NCBI GenBank assembly: GCA_023920165.1
Contig: CP089275.1
Coordinates: 2,480,001-2,544,000 of the forward strand
Direction: 5' to 3'
DNA from: Curvularia clavata
Taxonomy: Eukaryota
Length of the DNA: 64,000 bases
A model generated the notes under the pieces. The model ran no database searches and was not told the DNA's origin. It was given only the letters and a program-made list of their open reading frames with translations. The position numbers and the translations under genes were made by a program. This document shows positions 37,799-50,647 of this stretch, in pieces; the first letter of the stretch is position 1; every line of letters starts with the position of its first letter.

Positions 37799-39250
37799 AT
37801 GTATCGGCGTAGCGACCCCCGGTGGAACCGCACGCTGCAGCACATCACCGAGAATCTCGAGCACGCAAACGACACGGCCCAAGAGAACATCTACGGCTTC
37901 ACGCAGCGCTACATCGACCCCTGCTTCTCCTCCATCACCCAATGCGTCACCGCCTGTACCGCGCCTTGCTTCCCCCAGCACAACGACCGCCGCCGCCATC
38001 GTGGGCGCGCTCGCGGCCAGGCCGAGCCCAGCTTCGACTTCTACGATGACTGGGAGGACGACGAGAACGATGGCCTGCTAGGCTGGGGCAGCGACAATCT
38101 CGAGCGCTTTCTAGGAGCCTCGGCCAACTATGGCGCAACCGCTCAGCCTGGCCGCCAGCGCGCAATGAGCTACGGCCAGCGCAACCGAGATGCGCGATAC
38201 AACACGCCCCGACGAAAGAGTGGGACGCTGCCGCGGGACGGCGCCCAAGACCCCACTCTAATCCCCAGTTCTTCCTACTTTGGCTTTCTTGGGAGACTGC
38301 CTTTCAACATTGGCGGCAAAGGCCTACGTTACAAACCCTCTGCCGCAGACCTGATTGAGCATCCTGGTGCATCGCGCCGAAGTCTCGACGAGGAGCAGCC
38401 ATTGATAGACGACAGCGACGACCATGATGACGACGACGGTGCAACCAACGGTCCAGAGTACAAGGGCCATCGTAGGCAGAGGAGCGACACGCATACATCT
38501 GGCCACACGACCGACTCGCTGAGCTCCAGAGGCGACATCTTTCCCAGCGAAGACGAGCTGGAAGACGCAGTGCCACTCGACGACGAGTTCACCATGGCGC
38601 TCGAGCGGCGCACCACCAACCAGTGGAACGAGGATGGTGCCAGCAGCAATAAGTCACGATCCACCCAGAGCAAACGTCCCTCTGCATCTCGACTGTCGAC
38701 GCGCACAACCCAGCGCTCTTCACCCTCGGCAACCACAGAAGAGATTCCTACCCTGGCTGACCTGCACGCAGAGGAGGAGCGTCTCCGCTTGCAGGAAGAG
38801 AAAGAAGTCGACCGCAAACGCCATGAAGCCCATCACCTAGCCGTAAAGCGAGGCTTAGCGGTAGACTCTGCTGAGACTTCGCTGCGGAACAAGGAGGTAA
38901 ATCAAACCATGTCCATGTCGCTGTCCTCTTCTTCTCCAGCCCAGATGGCTGCTCTACAATCACCCTTGGCTCTCGGCCCGAGAACCAATGCTAGCCAAAA
39001 CCAACTACATAGTCCAGACACCACCCTCCCTCCGAGTCTCGTAGACGCACAGACAATGCCGGATAGCGGTGCCTTTTGTATTAATGACAGCGATTACGAC
39101 AGCAATGCTGTCACACCGCAGCGCCCTCTTTCGCTGAGGAGCGAGCGGAGACATGATACACAGCATGGACGGCAAGAGAATCTAGGCGACGAGGAGCAAG
39201 GACAAGGCGACTTTGTTCCCGCGAGGCTGCCGCACTTTGGGTCGGGGTAG
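37799..39250 (+). CDS. Hypothetical, largely low-complexity fungal protein
   Basis: Long ORF with coding-like composition; 'SLSSRGDIFPSEDE..DAVPLDDEF' block; start uncertain. Confidence 0.75.
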   Translation: MYRRSDPRWNRTLQHITENLEHANDTAQENIYGFTQRYIDPCFSSITQCVTACTAPCFPQHNDRRRHRGRARGQAEPSFDFYDDWEDDENDGLLGWGSDNLERFLGASANYGATAQPGRQRAMSYGQRNRDARYNTPRRKSGTLPRDGAQDPTLIPSSSYFGFLGRLPFNIGGKGLRYKPSAADLIEHPGASRRSLDEEQPLIDDSDDHDDDDGATNGPEYKGHRRQRSDTHTSGHTTDSLSSRGDIFPSEDELEDAVPLDDEFTMALERRTTNQWNEDGASSNKSRSTQSKRPSASRLSTRTTQRSSPSATTEEIPTLADLHAEEERLRLQEEKEVDRKRHEAHHLAVKRGLAVDSAETSLRNKEVNQTMSMSLSSSSPAQMAALQSPLALGPRTNASQNQLHSPDTTLPPSLVDAQTMPDSGAFCINDSDYDSNAVTPQRPLSLRSERRHDTQHGRQENLGDEEQGQGDFVPARLPHFGSG

Positions 39251-39431
39251 GCATCTTCTTCTTCTCGTCCCCACACGATGTAACGACGCGCACGTAATTA
39301 TGTACTATCTAGTATTAGTAGCCAGCACGGATATCACTAGCATAATCATCATCAGCCATGCGACTAGGAACAGCATTGTATCTCGCTCTGATTTCACTTA
39401 TGGGTACATGGCCAATCAAAAGTAAAAATAC

Positions 39432-40802
39432 CTAGAAGTCCATGATGCCAAACGTAATGGGCTTCTTGGTTAAGCCCTGATAAATCTCGTCCAACACGCC
39501 TCTCTTTCTCTTCTTGTCCAACTCTCGCTCTTGCTGCTCTGCCGCCTCTTCATCGTCCAAGTCGGCATCTTCTGCGGTTCTCGGCTTCCACGCAGCGATA
39601 CTGCCGTCAGCGTGTGCAGAGTACAATTCAACATTGTGCGGCCGCCAAGATAGACTGGTGATCCTGTCCTTGATAATGCGTTGCTGTCTGTCTGCTGACA
39701 AGACTGGATTGGGCGCAGGCGGCGGACGGCGCAGGCGGCGGATCAGTCTGCCTTCCCAAAGCTCGTAAGTTAAGATTTCAGCCTCGTTGGGGTAGAATAA
39801 AAGGTCTGCGCCTGGCTGAAGGTTATGCATTGGCGCGAGGACGGGCAGCCGCGGCGAGAGACCCGTGTTTCTGACCATGGGACCAAAATTTGCCAGAGTA
39901 TTGGCTCCTGTATCAGTGTCCCAGACACGAATGCGTGCATCATGGCCGCATGTGACTAAGTTTCTGCCATCCTCTGTCCACACAAGTCCATTTACGGCTC
40001 CTCTGTGTGCTTGTTTCGTCGATGCGTTGCGGGAAACAGGCCCGGATTTGCTTGTGCATAGGCCAACCGAGTCTTCGAGATGCAGCATCCCCAGCTCACC
40101 AACACTGCGACGCACATCCCAAAAGCGAACCGTGCCATCTATGGCCCCGCTGGCGACAATGTGTTCACGGACTGGGCTCCATGCTGTAGAAAGGACGGCG
40201 CCTGAGTGGCCTGCCAGACTGTGTGTCGTCGCACCAGAGCGCAGGTCTATCAGACGCACGTTTGGGTGTTGCGTGGCGCAGGCAACGAGGAGATGGGATG
40301 CAATAGGCGAGAGGGCAATGTTATATACGACCGAGTCTAGATCAAAAGATGCAGATGCGGCCAACGTTTCACTCGAGTAAAGTCTGACTGTATGATCATA
40401 TGAGGAGGTGAGGAAAGCCAGAGAATCGAATGGATAGAAGAGAATCTGGGTGATGCCCAGCTTGTGCTCCTCGCTCGTTTTGTTCACGGCCGTCAAAGGC
40501 AGACATGTCTGGCCCGTCTCTGTCGCATTCGTCTGTGCCTCAAGATCCCACAGTGCAATGGAGCTGTCGGCGCCGGCAGAAAGCAGGTACCTGCCTTCGA
40601 ACTTGTCGATTGTCAGCGCATTCACACCGGATATGTGGGCTGGTATGCGCTCGTGCGGATCATGATGGACAGGCAGGTGCTGGCTAAAAGTCAGGCCGGG
40701 GGAGGGCTGTAGCGCGTGGATGAGGTGCGAGGAACAGGCGCGTTGGAGGACATGGTTTGGGAGGAAACCGTACGCACGGTCGAGCACGTGTTGGTTGTGC
40801 AT
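39432..40802 (-). CDS. WD40 DNA excision repair protein, CSA/ERCC8/Rad28-like
   Basis: WD repeats; 'IDKFEGRYLLSAGAD' and 'FYPFDSLAFLTSSYD' segments. Confidence 0.85.
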   Translation of the reverse strand: MHNQHVLDRAYGFLPNHVLQRACSSHLIHALQPSPGLTFSQHLPVHHDPHERIPAHISGVNALTIDKFEGRYLLSAGADSSIALWDLEAQTNATETGQTCLPLTAVNKTSEEHKLGITQILFYPFDSLAFLTSSYDHTVRLYSSETLAASASFDLDSVVYNIALSPIASHLLVACATQHPNVRLIDLRSGATTHSLAGHSGAVLSTAWSPVREHIVASGAIDGTVRFWDVRRSVGELGMLHLEDSVGLCTSKSGPVSRNASTKQAHRGAVNGLVWTEDGRNLVTCGHDARIRVWDTDTGANTLANFGPMVRNTGLSPRLPVLAPMHNLQPGADLLFYPNEAEILTYELWEGRLIRRLRRPPPAPNPVLSADRQQRIIKDRITSLSWRPHNVELYSAHADGSIAAWKPRTAEDADLDDEEAAEQQERELDKKRKRGVLDEIYQGLTKKPITFGIMDF

Positions 40803-41028
40803 ATGCGACTACATGCTTTGCGTGGCAATGGGAGAGAAGCAGCAGTATGAAGTGAAGTGAGGTTGTTGCGGGCACTGATTCCATATGACGCACGTTGTTG
40901 CCACTACCTAGTTAGGGCAGGGATGCCTGGTCGGCCGAGTGCACTAGCGACTACGCCTCTCAACATCAACACCAGTTGGAGCGAGACAATCCTTAAAACA
41001 CGTCGATAGCGTAATTGATGCCTCTACA

Positions 41029-41733
41029 ATGCCCCCACGCAAAAGCGCCATGTCGACGCGTAGACCTCGGCGACCTAAGCGAAACACGACTCTCTTCGAC
41101 GCTGTTCAAGGTAAGTGCCAAATCGGTATGCCACGTTGCGATCAACGCTTTGGTCTAACCAAAACTCCAGGCACTGTCACGCAATCCGGTCTGATCTATA
41201 ATCTCTCGAACTCCAGGGCGAGCAAGAAGCCGCTGCGTCCGGATGAAGTCCTGTTCAAGCGAAAAAATGCGCCAGTCCGGTACGAAGAGGATGACTACTA
41301 CCCTGCCCACACCAAACTACCTGCAGACCAGCCACTCCCTTCTGGAGACCTTGCAAACGCAATTCACACCTACATGTCTTGTCGCTATTCACAGGCTACC
41401 CGCAGTCATGTGCGCGTACCATGGAAGTGCATGAACGAGACTGCGCTCATTGCCATGGGCATCCTCATGGAAGAAACTGCGCGTAGTGTCCTTGGTCAGA
41501 CTGGTGATCTAGCACTCACAGAAGCCAATGAAGCCGATGACGACGATGATCAGATACGGCGTCGTCAGAATGAATGGACCATGTCTACCCAGAAACGGCA
41601 AATGAACAGTAGCGACGAGGAGCGCAGACGTGCTAGCCACGTGCAGCAACCCTCCAAATCAGTGCATGATTCTTGGACGTGGTCAGATGAGAGCTCATCC
41701 TACACCTCGGACGATACAATGGAGACGGACTAG
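41029..41733 (+). CDS. Hypothetical protein, possibly Rrn10-like (Pol I UAF); probable intron near 41110-41171
   Basis: 'RPDEVLF..LPSGDLANAIHTY..MNETALIAMGILMEE'; family assignment from memory only. Confidence 0.5.
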   Translation: MPPRKSAMSTRRPRRPKRNTTLFDAVQGKCQIGMPRCDQRFGLTKTPGTVTQSGLIYNLSNSRASKKPLRPDEVLFKRKNAPVRYEEDDYYPAHTKLPADQPLPSGDLANAIHTYMSCRYSQATRSHVRVPWKCMNETALIAMGILMEETARSVLGQTGDLALTEANEADDDDDQIRRRQNEWTMSTQKRQMNSSDEERRRASHVQQPSKSVHDSWTWSDESSSYTSDDTMETD

Positions 41734-41911
41734 GAACTATGGTTGGTCATGATCGCGCCTGCCCTTTCTCTTTCCTCACTCGACACCAACTTGCCTAGCG
41801 TGCCTTCCCCACCCAAACGTACTGTATCCACTTGTAGTCACTCACATCATCCCACTTTCTTGACTCCACCTCCCTATCATCTGCACCATCGTTTGCATCG
41901 AGTACAGAAAT

Positions 41912-42688
41912 ATGGTGGGTTTCAATACAACCGCGCAGCGTCTGCTCTACTAATCCATGCAAGGCACCCAAGATCCAACCCAATCCACAAAAAGCTGCTT
42001 CCATCCTGGCCTGGTTCCACAAGACAGCACAAGCACACAATATCAAGGACCTGGAGAAGATACTGCCCCATGTCTCGTCTATCAATGGCATGCAAGTCAA
42101 AGACTACCTCCAGGCACTTTCAGACGACAACAAAATCCGCGTCGAGAAGATAGGTAGCGGCAATTGGTACTGGAGCTTTCCAGCAGACGAGAAAAAGGCA
42201 AAGGATGCTTCTCTCAGAAAAGCCCAAGAAGAGTATGACAAGGCCAGTACCGTCACGGCGGAGCTTCAAGCAAAAGTGGACAACGCAGCGGCGGCCCGTA
42301 CCGACGGTGACGGTAACGGTGACGACGACATAATCACGGAGACTGGTGAGTGCAGATATGTTCGTCTTATGCCTAAGGTTAACACTGCTCAGGCGGTCGT
42401 CGAAAGACGCTCATTGCAAGACATGCCGTCCTGACCAAGGACCTTGAAAAGTTGCGGACAGAGCTAGCCACCTATAGTGAACAGGACCCTGTAGAATTGG
42501 ACAAGAAAGCAACCGAGACGCGGCACGCTCGCCTTAATGCCGACAAATATACTGACCAAATCTTTGCTATGCAAAGCTGGTTCAAGCAGCACCTAGGTTG
42601 TGACGGAGGGGAAGGTTTTCTTAATATGCTGAAGATGCTCTACGGGGATGAGTATGAAGATGAAGAGCAAGGCTTACGTGAGCTTTAA
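41912..42688 (+). CDS. MND1: Meiotic nuclear division protein Mnd1 (ATG-only first exon)
   Basis: Spliced M|APKIQ...NIKDLEK...MQVKDYLQALSDDNKIRVEKIGSGNWYWSFP. Confidence 0.9.
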
Positions 42689-43128
42689 TTACCGGTAGAG
42701 CCTTCTGGAATTCAGGGTCGGATATGTACTGTATGGGATAGGACCAAGTAGCAGGGGCTGGGGTATCTGATTCAGACTGCCTTGTGAGCCTAAACAGGGG
42801 TCGTTGATGTATGCGCAGTATGTAGTATCAGCATACGAAAGGCCACAGCCACATCATTTCGACTCATTCACTGCGCCATGCGTCCTAAATACGCTTGAGT
42901 CATGTCCCCGGCGCATGGGCCATGCTCTAGCTTTCATTCGCTTGACACCAGCGTCATCGCAATACTTTCTGCCAACCCAACACTAAACGCACTGCGTAAA
43001 TAAGAGGCCTCGCCGGCCTACCCTATACCGATAAATTCGCCGCTACTTCGAAGCACCGCCTCCTACCACGCCCTGATTAGACATTTCCTGTACAAATACC
43101 CCTCCGAGACCTGATACCCTACCCCGCC

Positions 43129-45559
43129 ATGGCTTCAACGGGCGCTCAAGAAACCTCCCAAGTTCCTGCTAGCCCACAACGGCGAGGCGGGAGAGGGCGT
43201 GGACGCGGAAGGGGTGCACATGGCGGATCTGAGGGAAACCAAGAAAATCCGGGTGCCAGAGGCCGCGGACGAGGTGGCTCTCAAGGACAAGGGCGAGGAC
43301 GAGGTCGCAGCAATAGGGACGGTCCAGATGGTCGAGGCGCATCTGCACAAGATAAGGGAAAAGCACCAGCAATCGATACATCAGACAATGAGCCTGGAGC
43401 CGGCAAGCCTGTACCTGCGCAATCCGACGAAGACGACACCGATGGCGAGGTGTGCTTTATTTGCGCATCGCCCGTCCAGCATTTGGCCATTGCTCCCTGC
43501 AACCACCGAACATGTCATATTTGCTCGATCCGTATGCGAGCGCTCTACAAGACGAAGGCGTGTGCCCACTGCCGAACCGAGTCGGATCATGTCATCTTGA
43601 CCGACGACGCTGAGAAGAACTACGACCAGTTCTCAAAGGCCGATTTCTTCAAGTCGGACGATACATTAGGCATCCACTTTGAAAACTCGGCTGTCTTTGA
43701 GGACACGCGACTACTGCTGCAGTATAACTGCCCTGACAGTGAGTGCGACGTGGCCTGTCTAGGGTGGCCAGATCTGCACCGTCATGTTAAGACGGCGCAT
43801 GCCAAGGTCATGTGGTACGTACCATGTAGCTACTGGTGTCGTAGCCCAACTGACATTGTTTAGTGATCTTTGTACACGCAACAAAAAGGTATTCACTCAC
43901 GAGCATGAACTCTTCACCCCACAGGACCTACGCAAACACCAGAAATTCGGCGACGACAACCCTGGCGCAATAGACCAGAGTGGCTTCAAGGGACATCCCG
44001 AGTGCGGCTTCTGCAGACAACGCTTTTATGGCGATGACGAGCTCTATGCCCATTGCAGAGACAAGCACGAGCGCTGTCACATTTGCGATAGGCGAGAAGG
44101 AGGCACCCGAAAGCAGCAATATTATGTCAACTACGACTCTCTCGAGATGCACTTTCGGAAAGACCACTTTTTATGCCCTGACCGAGAGTGTCTGGAAAAG
44201 AAGTTTGTTGTGTTTGACTCGGAAATGGACCTCAAGGCACACCAGCTCGAGGTGCATCCTAACGGACTGTCTAAAGACGCATTGCGAGATGCGCGGAGGG
44301 TAGACATGTCTGGGTTCCACTTCAGAGCTCCTCATGAGCAAAGCTCGGGCAGCAACCGACGGGATGATCGGAGACGGGAAGGAGGAAGAGGGCGTGGCAG
44401 AGGTCGAGATCCTAATGCAGAGCCAGTGCCTGTCTCTTCGGCTCAGCCGCTGAGTAGAGCTGAACTTGCCTACCAGCGACAGAGGGAGGCCCAAAATACC
44501 CACTCGGTTACCGGAAGAGCTTTTGGTGGTCAACTCTCAACTCCTACTCCTGGAGAGGCCTTTGCTGCTAGACCTCCTCACAGCGCCTCGGAGCCTGCTA
44601 CAGTAACGGCTTCGCGTCCTGTCCCAGCAGCTACCAGCAACATTGCAAACAGCATGAGCCAGCTCAGTGTGAACCCGCCACCACCAAGTGCTGTCCCGCA
44701 AACCCCACAAGAGCAAGCACGACTATTGCGCCACAATGCAGTCACGGAACGGGCAACAAACATGCTTGGGCACAGCGAAGTAAAACTGCAAGAGTTTAGA
44801 GCCGCAGTGTCAGCTTACCGTAATTCCAAAGTGTCGGCGCCACAACTGATTGAAGGTTTCTTTGCGCTGTTCGATGCAGATTCAAAAGAGATAGGGAAGC
44901 TTATCAAGGAGCTAGCGGATATTTTTGAGATTGCAACGAAGCGAGAGGGGCTCTTAAAAGCATGGAACGATTGGAAGGCCATCAACGAAGACTACCCTTC
45001 ATTACCTGGTTCTGCTACGGAGCACGCTTTGAGCGGCGGTTCAACGGCTCGGGGAGGATCGCGAGTGTTGAAATTGAAGAACTCCACAGCACAGTCGTCA
45101 CGATCTACCGCTAATCAACAAGCCAGCTGGTCTTCGGCATCATCAAGCAATCCTTTCCCCGCTTTACCCACCCCAGCAGGTCGAATTGGTGCTAAGCCTG
45201 GCCAAACGCCTTGGGCATCTTCTTCGTCTGCTGCGGCTAGCGCCCGCCCCTCTCCTTCATCCACTCCTGCTCGCGTAGCGTCGTCATCAAACATGGGTAG
45301 GAAGCCAAACCTAGCAGATGCTTTCCCGGCTCTGCCAGCAGCGGCCAAGCCCACGAGCACAATTTTCAGTCCGGGCTATACGGGCAATGGGCTGCGGCGA
45401 GACCACAGTGGGCGCAACACGCCCGTAGTAAATGCGTGGAGTTCAGGGTCTGGGGCAAACAGTGGGACGACGACGCCAGCAGCAGTCGAAGAATCCAGCG
45501 CAGCCGGGAAGAAGAGAGGCAATAAGGGCAAGAAGCAGACGCTTTTCCAATGGGGTTAA
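43129..45559 (+). CDS. HEL2: RING/C2H2 E3 ubiquitin ligase Hel2/ZNF598 (ribosome quality control), 1 intron
   Basis: CFICA..PCNHRTCHICSIRMRALY RING; GFKGHPECGFC; HFRKDHFLC. Confidence 0.92.
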
Positions 45560-45883
45560 TAGATAGGGTCTCTCTGGCTTGTATAGCGAGTACGCACTTG
45601 AATCGAAGTAGACACACTGAGCACGCGCGAAGGCGCTTGTGTAACTCAGGTATTTGATAGATATGATGCAATGCACTGGAGATGACTTATATACCTCTCT
45701 GTATTTTCCTTGTTGTACCCACTTCTCGCCCTAGAACCTAATTAGTACAAGAAAATATGACCCGCAATGAAAAAAAGAAACAAGATGGCATCGAAAGGGG
45801 TATATTTTAAGACATGAGTACGCGAATTGCCTTTTGTTATTGGAAAACGTCAGCCCCCTATGCTGGGGCGGAATCATTCCAAA

Positions 45884-47387
45884 TCACTCGATATTAAACC
45901 TGTCCATTTCCAGATCAATCCAACTTCCTCGCTTGACTCTGCGCCGCTTTTTGCTACACTGCGCCGTCTCGTTCCGTGTCTCCCATCCGTTTTGGTCAGC
46001 CCAAGTCGGCGTCTGCAGCTCAGGATGCGCTACGTTTGAGTCCACCCGGCGCGGATCCACAAAGTCTGGATATTGCTGACCGCCAAAATCATACATGAAG
46101 GGACTGTTGTTGAGTCCATTCATGCGGCGCGGCACGTCTGGACTGTTGGTATTTCTGCTGCTCGATTTCTCGAGTGTGAGGGTATTGGGGCGCTCGAGGC
46201 CACATGTACCGTTGCCATTTGTGTTGTAAAAACTGACGCTATTATTTCTTTGATTCTGTGCGGCCGAGTTAGATAAGTGATTAGCATTAAGGCTGGGATC
46301 AGATTCTGTGCGGTCACGCACGAGCTGGACGAGTTTGCCCAGGACAGCAAATTCCAGCTTCAGCTTGACCGAGTAGACGACTCCTTTGAGTGTGGTCTGA
46401 ATGAGGTACTGGTTTGCAAATTCAACAGTTAACAGAGCCAGGTCCAGGATAATGATCAAAACGTTTATGGCAAGAAGCTGGTACATTATTTTGCGGACGT
46501 TGGCTTGCTTGAGGTGTCCATTGGTGGCGCCGTCATCAAAACTGTGTGCGTCGCCTTGAACGGACTGGGAGAGCCTGAGCAGCCGTATCGTCTCCCGGAT
46601 GTAGATGACCGAGAGGATGGTTTCTTGCAAGAAGAATCCCAGCATCTGTGTCTTTTCCATGATCGAATAGCCGCGTACAAAGCGTTCCAGGGTGGCTGGC
46701 GTTAGCGAATTCGAGTTGGAGCCGAATGTTAGGACAGTGGTGATGGAGTGCAGTACAATGCCATTGAAGGTGATCATGTAGAGAGACCAGCGAAGGGCTC
46801 TGCGTGAGTTTGTAACAAGATGAAGGCGCGACCATAGCACGACGGATTGGCCTATGTATAATTATCATTGTCAGCCTCCAAGAAGCCCTTCTCTTCCCCT
46901 CCAGCTCTTGTGCAACCGCAGCAGACATACCAGTAACCATGGAGTACCATCCAATCGTGAGAAGAACAACAGCAACATATCCAGCATTCGCATTTGGGTC
47001 GAGCAGCCGGAAGAACTTTATAGTAAAGCCTAGCGAATAGGGTATGATGCCGAATGAGCTTATGAGCAGCGACCAAAAATACAGTCCGTGATAGTGTTGA
47101 AAGGTGACCAAGGCGAGGACGATGAGTTCGATGGCATTGTAGAGTGAGAGGCCGAGGAAGAAGGCAATGATGATCTTGAGCGGAAGCGAGTTGCCCGTGT
47201 AACCTGTGTGTTGCCATGGTAAGCTTGGTGGTGGCCGGCCGCGTCATGAGAAAGGAAACTGACCTCCCGTTATGCCCGCGCCAGCAGACTCGAGCGAGCC
47301 CTGTGCGGGTGTTGTCTGAGCTGGAATAGCGGCAGCGACAAGCGTGGCAGAGACGGTGAGGGAGGGAGAGAGAGAAAGCGACGCCAT
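45884..47387 (-). CDS. Fungal multi-pass integral membrane protein, 2 introns
   Basis: About 7 hydrophobic helices; 'GLYFWSLL', 'LWSRLHLV' and 'YSVKLKLEFAVL' blocks. Confidence 0.8.
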
Positions 47388-48026
47388 AAGAGACTTTGTC
47401 TCATTCCGAATCGGACGACTCTTGGTCAGACGCCAACATGGGCGTCGACAACGAGAACGACGACAACAAGACAGCTGCTGGAAGAAGGATGGGATGGTAG
47501 GCAGGCCATCAGTTAGAAGTAGACCCAGACCCAAGCATACGACATGGCTGCCCCGGCACGAGGGGCTGCCAGCTGCCAACTGCCAGGGTACAAGAGACGG
47601 GCCGTTAAGGGAAATGCTTTGAACAAAGTTATTCTGGCAGTCGAGTCAGGGCGGGGACGTAATCTGAGTGCAACGGCGAGCATCAACCGTTAATTCGCCG
47701 CGCAAGTTTCCCGACCGAGCCAAAAAGCGCTCCGAGTGACGTTGCTGAGCTCGAGCTGCTAATCGCTTCGGGCCTAGCGCGGCGACAGTCTGGGGTAGAT
47801 CGGCGCTATGCGCGTGCGCTTCGAGCACCTGGCATCGCCTTGCGTCGCCTTGTTTTCCCTCACCAAGAGCTTGCCACAGCCTTTTGCGTACACATGAACC
47901 AACGATTTAAACTTCTTATTTAGCTTCGGCCCACCCACCTTATGCAACACCTAGCTGCAGAGAGGGACTGGCAGCCCATTTGCCCCTGCATCTGCTACCT
48001 CGTCCTAGCCAGCCTCCAGCCTCTCT

Positions 48027-50141
48027 CTATGTGATGTTTTTGCCCATGATCTCGCCCCTCTTCTTACCTTTTTGTTGCGCCGCTTCGTGCTTGCGCAGAT
48101 CTTCCGGCACCTTACTGATCTGGCTCTTCATGAGAATCTGCTTCAGATCGTATAGGACGTCGGCGTCTTCATTGCCCCAGAATGTAATCGCAACACCAGG
48201 CTTGTCCGCTCCGAGACGACCTGTACGACCAATACGGTGGGTATAGCTTTCGATGCTGCTAGGCATGTTGAAGTTCACAACCAGAGACACATCCTGGATA
48301 TCAATACCACGACCCGCCAAGTCGGTAGCCACAAGAACACTCGTCTGTCCAGATTTGAGCGAGGCAAGCGCAGCCTCACGCTGCTCCTGTGTTTTGGATC
48401 CGTGGAGTGTGGCAGCCGAGAAGCCCATGTGTTTGATGTCGCGAGCAATGGCGTCGCAGTTGCGTTTGATGTTGACAAAGACGATAATAGGCGGCGCAAA
48501 CTCGCCAGAGGTAAGAATCTCCTGCAAACGCTTCTTTCGCTTCTCTTCTCCTTGGATGAACTCGGCGCGCTGCTCCACCGTCTCCGTGGCTTCTCCAAGG
48601 TTGCCCACCGTGACGATGGCAGGACGACGCAGGTACTTTTTGGCAATGCGTTCCAAAGCGGGCGGCATAGTGGCTGTGTACATCATGGTCTGGCGGTACA
48701 TGTCTCTCCTCATAACGCTGGCATCCTCAGCAGTCTCGTCGTCAGGCTTTTCATTGTTCACAGGCAGCGCCTCGAGGATCTTGTTGACAGGCTCTTCAAA
48801 ACCCATGTCAATCATCTTATCGGCCTCGTCCATGATCACATAAGTGCATTGGCTGAGGACCAACACTCGGCGCTCAATGCAGTCTACCAGACGACCGGGC
48901 GTGGCGATGATGATTTCAGCACCATCGCGCATCTGGAAGGACTGCTCCTCGATCGAATGTCCACCAACGAGGACAGCGGTATTGAAGCCTAGCGGCGCCG
49001 CAAATTTGCGCGTCTCTACCTCGATTTGCTGCGCCAACTCACGGGTAGGAGCAAGAATGAGGGCGTAGGGTCCATCATGGCGATTGGCGGCTGTAAGGGG
49101 AGGCAGCTCCATGATGTAGGCGAGCAGCGGCAGGACAAAGGCAGCAGTTTTACCCGAACCTGTTCTAGCCACACCAATAAGGTCGCGACATTGCAAGGCA
49201 ATAGGTATCGCTGCACGTTGGATGGGAGAAGGCTCTATGTAGCCAACGCGGTCCACGATACGCATCAGCTTCTCTGGTAGTCCCGCCTCGCCCCAGTTGC
49301 GCATGGGATTGGGTATCGAGCCTCCTTTGGTGGCAATGTTGAAGTCCTCTTTGAAGATACGCCAATCGCGTTCGCGCATGTTCTCCAACCTCTTCTCGCT
49401 CCAGTGCTTGTCAAGCTGCGCGCGCCCACCCTTCTCTTTTCGCCTTTTTTCCATTTCAATAATTTGCTGCGCCCTCTCTCTGCCGTGCTCTGGATCCCGC
49501 TCGATAATGGCCTCGACCATTCTCTGTGTGGCCTTGTCTGTGACCTCTTCCGAAAAGCCACCCAGTCTGCCGCGACCAAAGAAGCTGGCTTCAGCCTTTT
49601 GCTGGTAGATGGGATTGTAGTCGCGACTTGTATCTTCCTCTTCATTCCACTCAAAATTGAACTTCTTCTCCGTCGTCCTCTTGCGCTTCTTCTTGGCCGA
49701 AAAGGTTGACTGATTTTGTTCTGCGCCCATGTATCGCTGCCTAATCATGGCTGCTTCCGTATCCTCGGATGGTCGTTTGCCCTTGCGGTTATCAGATGGC
49801 GGCGGCGGCGGCGCCATGTCTCCTCCGTTCCTGCGATCTCGCATAGAGGACGGCTCAGTCGGCGCGTCTCGCATCGCTCGTGGGCCGACGGGTACGGACG
49901 GTGCGCCATTCTGCGAAAACCCGTTTTCTGAAGGCCTCCATGCTCCCTCTGCACTGTTGGCCGCCTCCCGCCTCTTTTGTGCCTCTTCCACTTCCTTTTT
50001 GCGCTTTTCAAGCGCGATGCGCTCTCTCTCGGCCTTTGGTATAAACTTGGGCTTCGCGGCGGCAGCTTCTTGTTCGCGCTTGGCCTTTAGAATGTCGTCG
50101 ATGCTCGGGGGTTGCTTGCGAGAGGGAGCAGCAGCAGTCAT
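48027..50141 (-). CDS. PRP28: Pre-mRNA splicing DEAD-box helicase Prp28
   Basis: GSGKT, PTRELA, DEAD and HRIGRTGR motifs; 'HWSEK..MRERDWRIFKEDF'. Confidence 0.95.
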   Translation of the reverse strand: MTAAAPSRKQPPSIDDILKAKREQEAAAAKPKFIPKAERERIALEKRKKEVEEAQKRREAANSAEGAWRPSENGFSQNGAPSVPVGPRAMRDAPTEPSSMRDRRNGGDMAPPPPPSDNRKGKRPSEDTEAAMIRQRYMGAEQNQSTFSAKKKRKRTTEKKFNFEWNEEEDTSRDYNPIYQQKAEASFFGRGRLGGFSEEVTDKATQRMVEAIIERDPEHGRERAQQIIEMEKRRKEKGGRAQLDKHWSEKRLENMRERDWRIFKEDFNIATKGGSIPNPMRNWGEAGLPEKLMRIVDRVGYIEPSPIQRAAIPIALQCRDLIGVARTGSGKTAAFVLPLLAYIMELPPLTAANRHDGPYALILAPTRELAQQIEVETRKFAAPLGFNTAVLVGGHSIEEQSFQMRDGAEIIIATPGRLVDCIERRVLVLSQCTYVIMDEADKMIDMGFEEPVNKILEALPVNNEKPDDETAEDASVMRRDMYRQTMMYTATMPPALERIAKKYLRRPAIVTVGNLGEATETVEQRAEFIQGEEKRKKRLQEILTSGEFAPPIIVFVNIKRNCDAIARDIKHMGFSAATLHGSKTQEQREAALASLKSGQTSVLVATDLAGRGIDIQDVSLVVNFNMPSSIESYTHRIGRTGRLGADKPGVAITFWGNEDADVLYDLKQILMKSQISKVPEDLRKHEAAQQKGKKRGEIMGKNIT

Positions 50142-50647
50142 TGTCACCAAGATATACGCACTTGGGGCTGCGAGCGTTTTCGGTGCAAGGTTAAGCGTGT
50201 GGCCGGTAAGACCGTCGCAGTCGCGCAGTCTAGGATCGTGGGAACTTATGCTGCAGGCACGCTAAGGCGAACACCTGATCACGTGCCGACGCAATCGATA
50301 AGACCCGCCGCATGTATGGATAGGACAGTGACCAGGTGTGTCAATACAATTATCCAACAACAGCGATCGACACAATCAACATCATTCATTGCTTTAATCT
50401 CACCTTCGATGCTATGCACCATGAAGCATTGTAGCTGTCTATTCTGGAGGCACCCTTTTGATTCCGGAGCTATCATAGTCTTTGCATTGGTATGGCGTGG
50501 ATGCTCCCTGCATGGTTCTAAACCTATCCGTGGAATAGCGTGATCTTACATCGTCTAGCCATAGCCCCTTGATCTAATCTCCAGCGCTCCATTGCATGCG
50601 TCGTAGCTCATAAGGTCGTTGTATGCCGCCATGTGCCACGCACCCTC

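Noticed and set aside
48237..48992. Long antisense or overlapping ORFs over PRP28 and other GC-rich genes
   Set aside because: Shadow ORFs of biased codon usage with no recognisable motifs.
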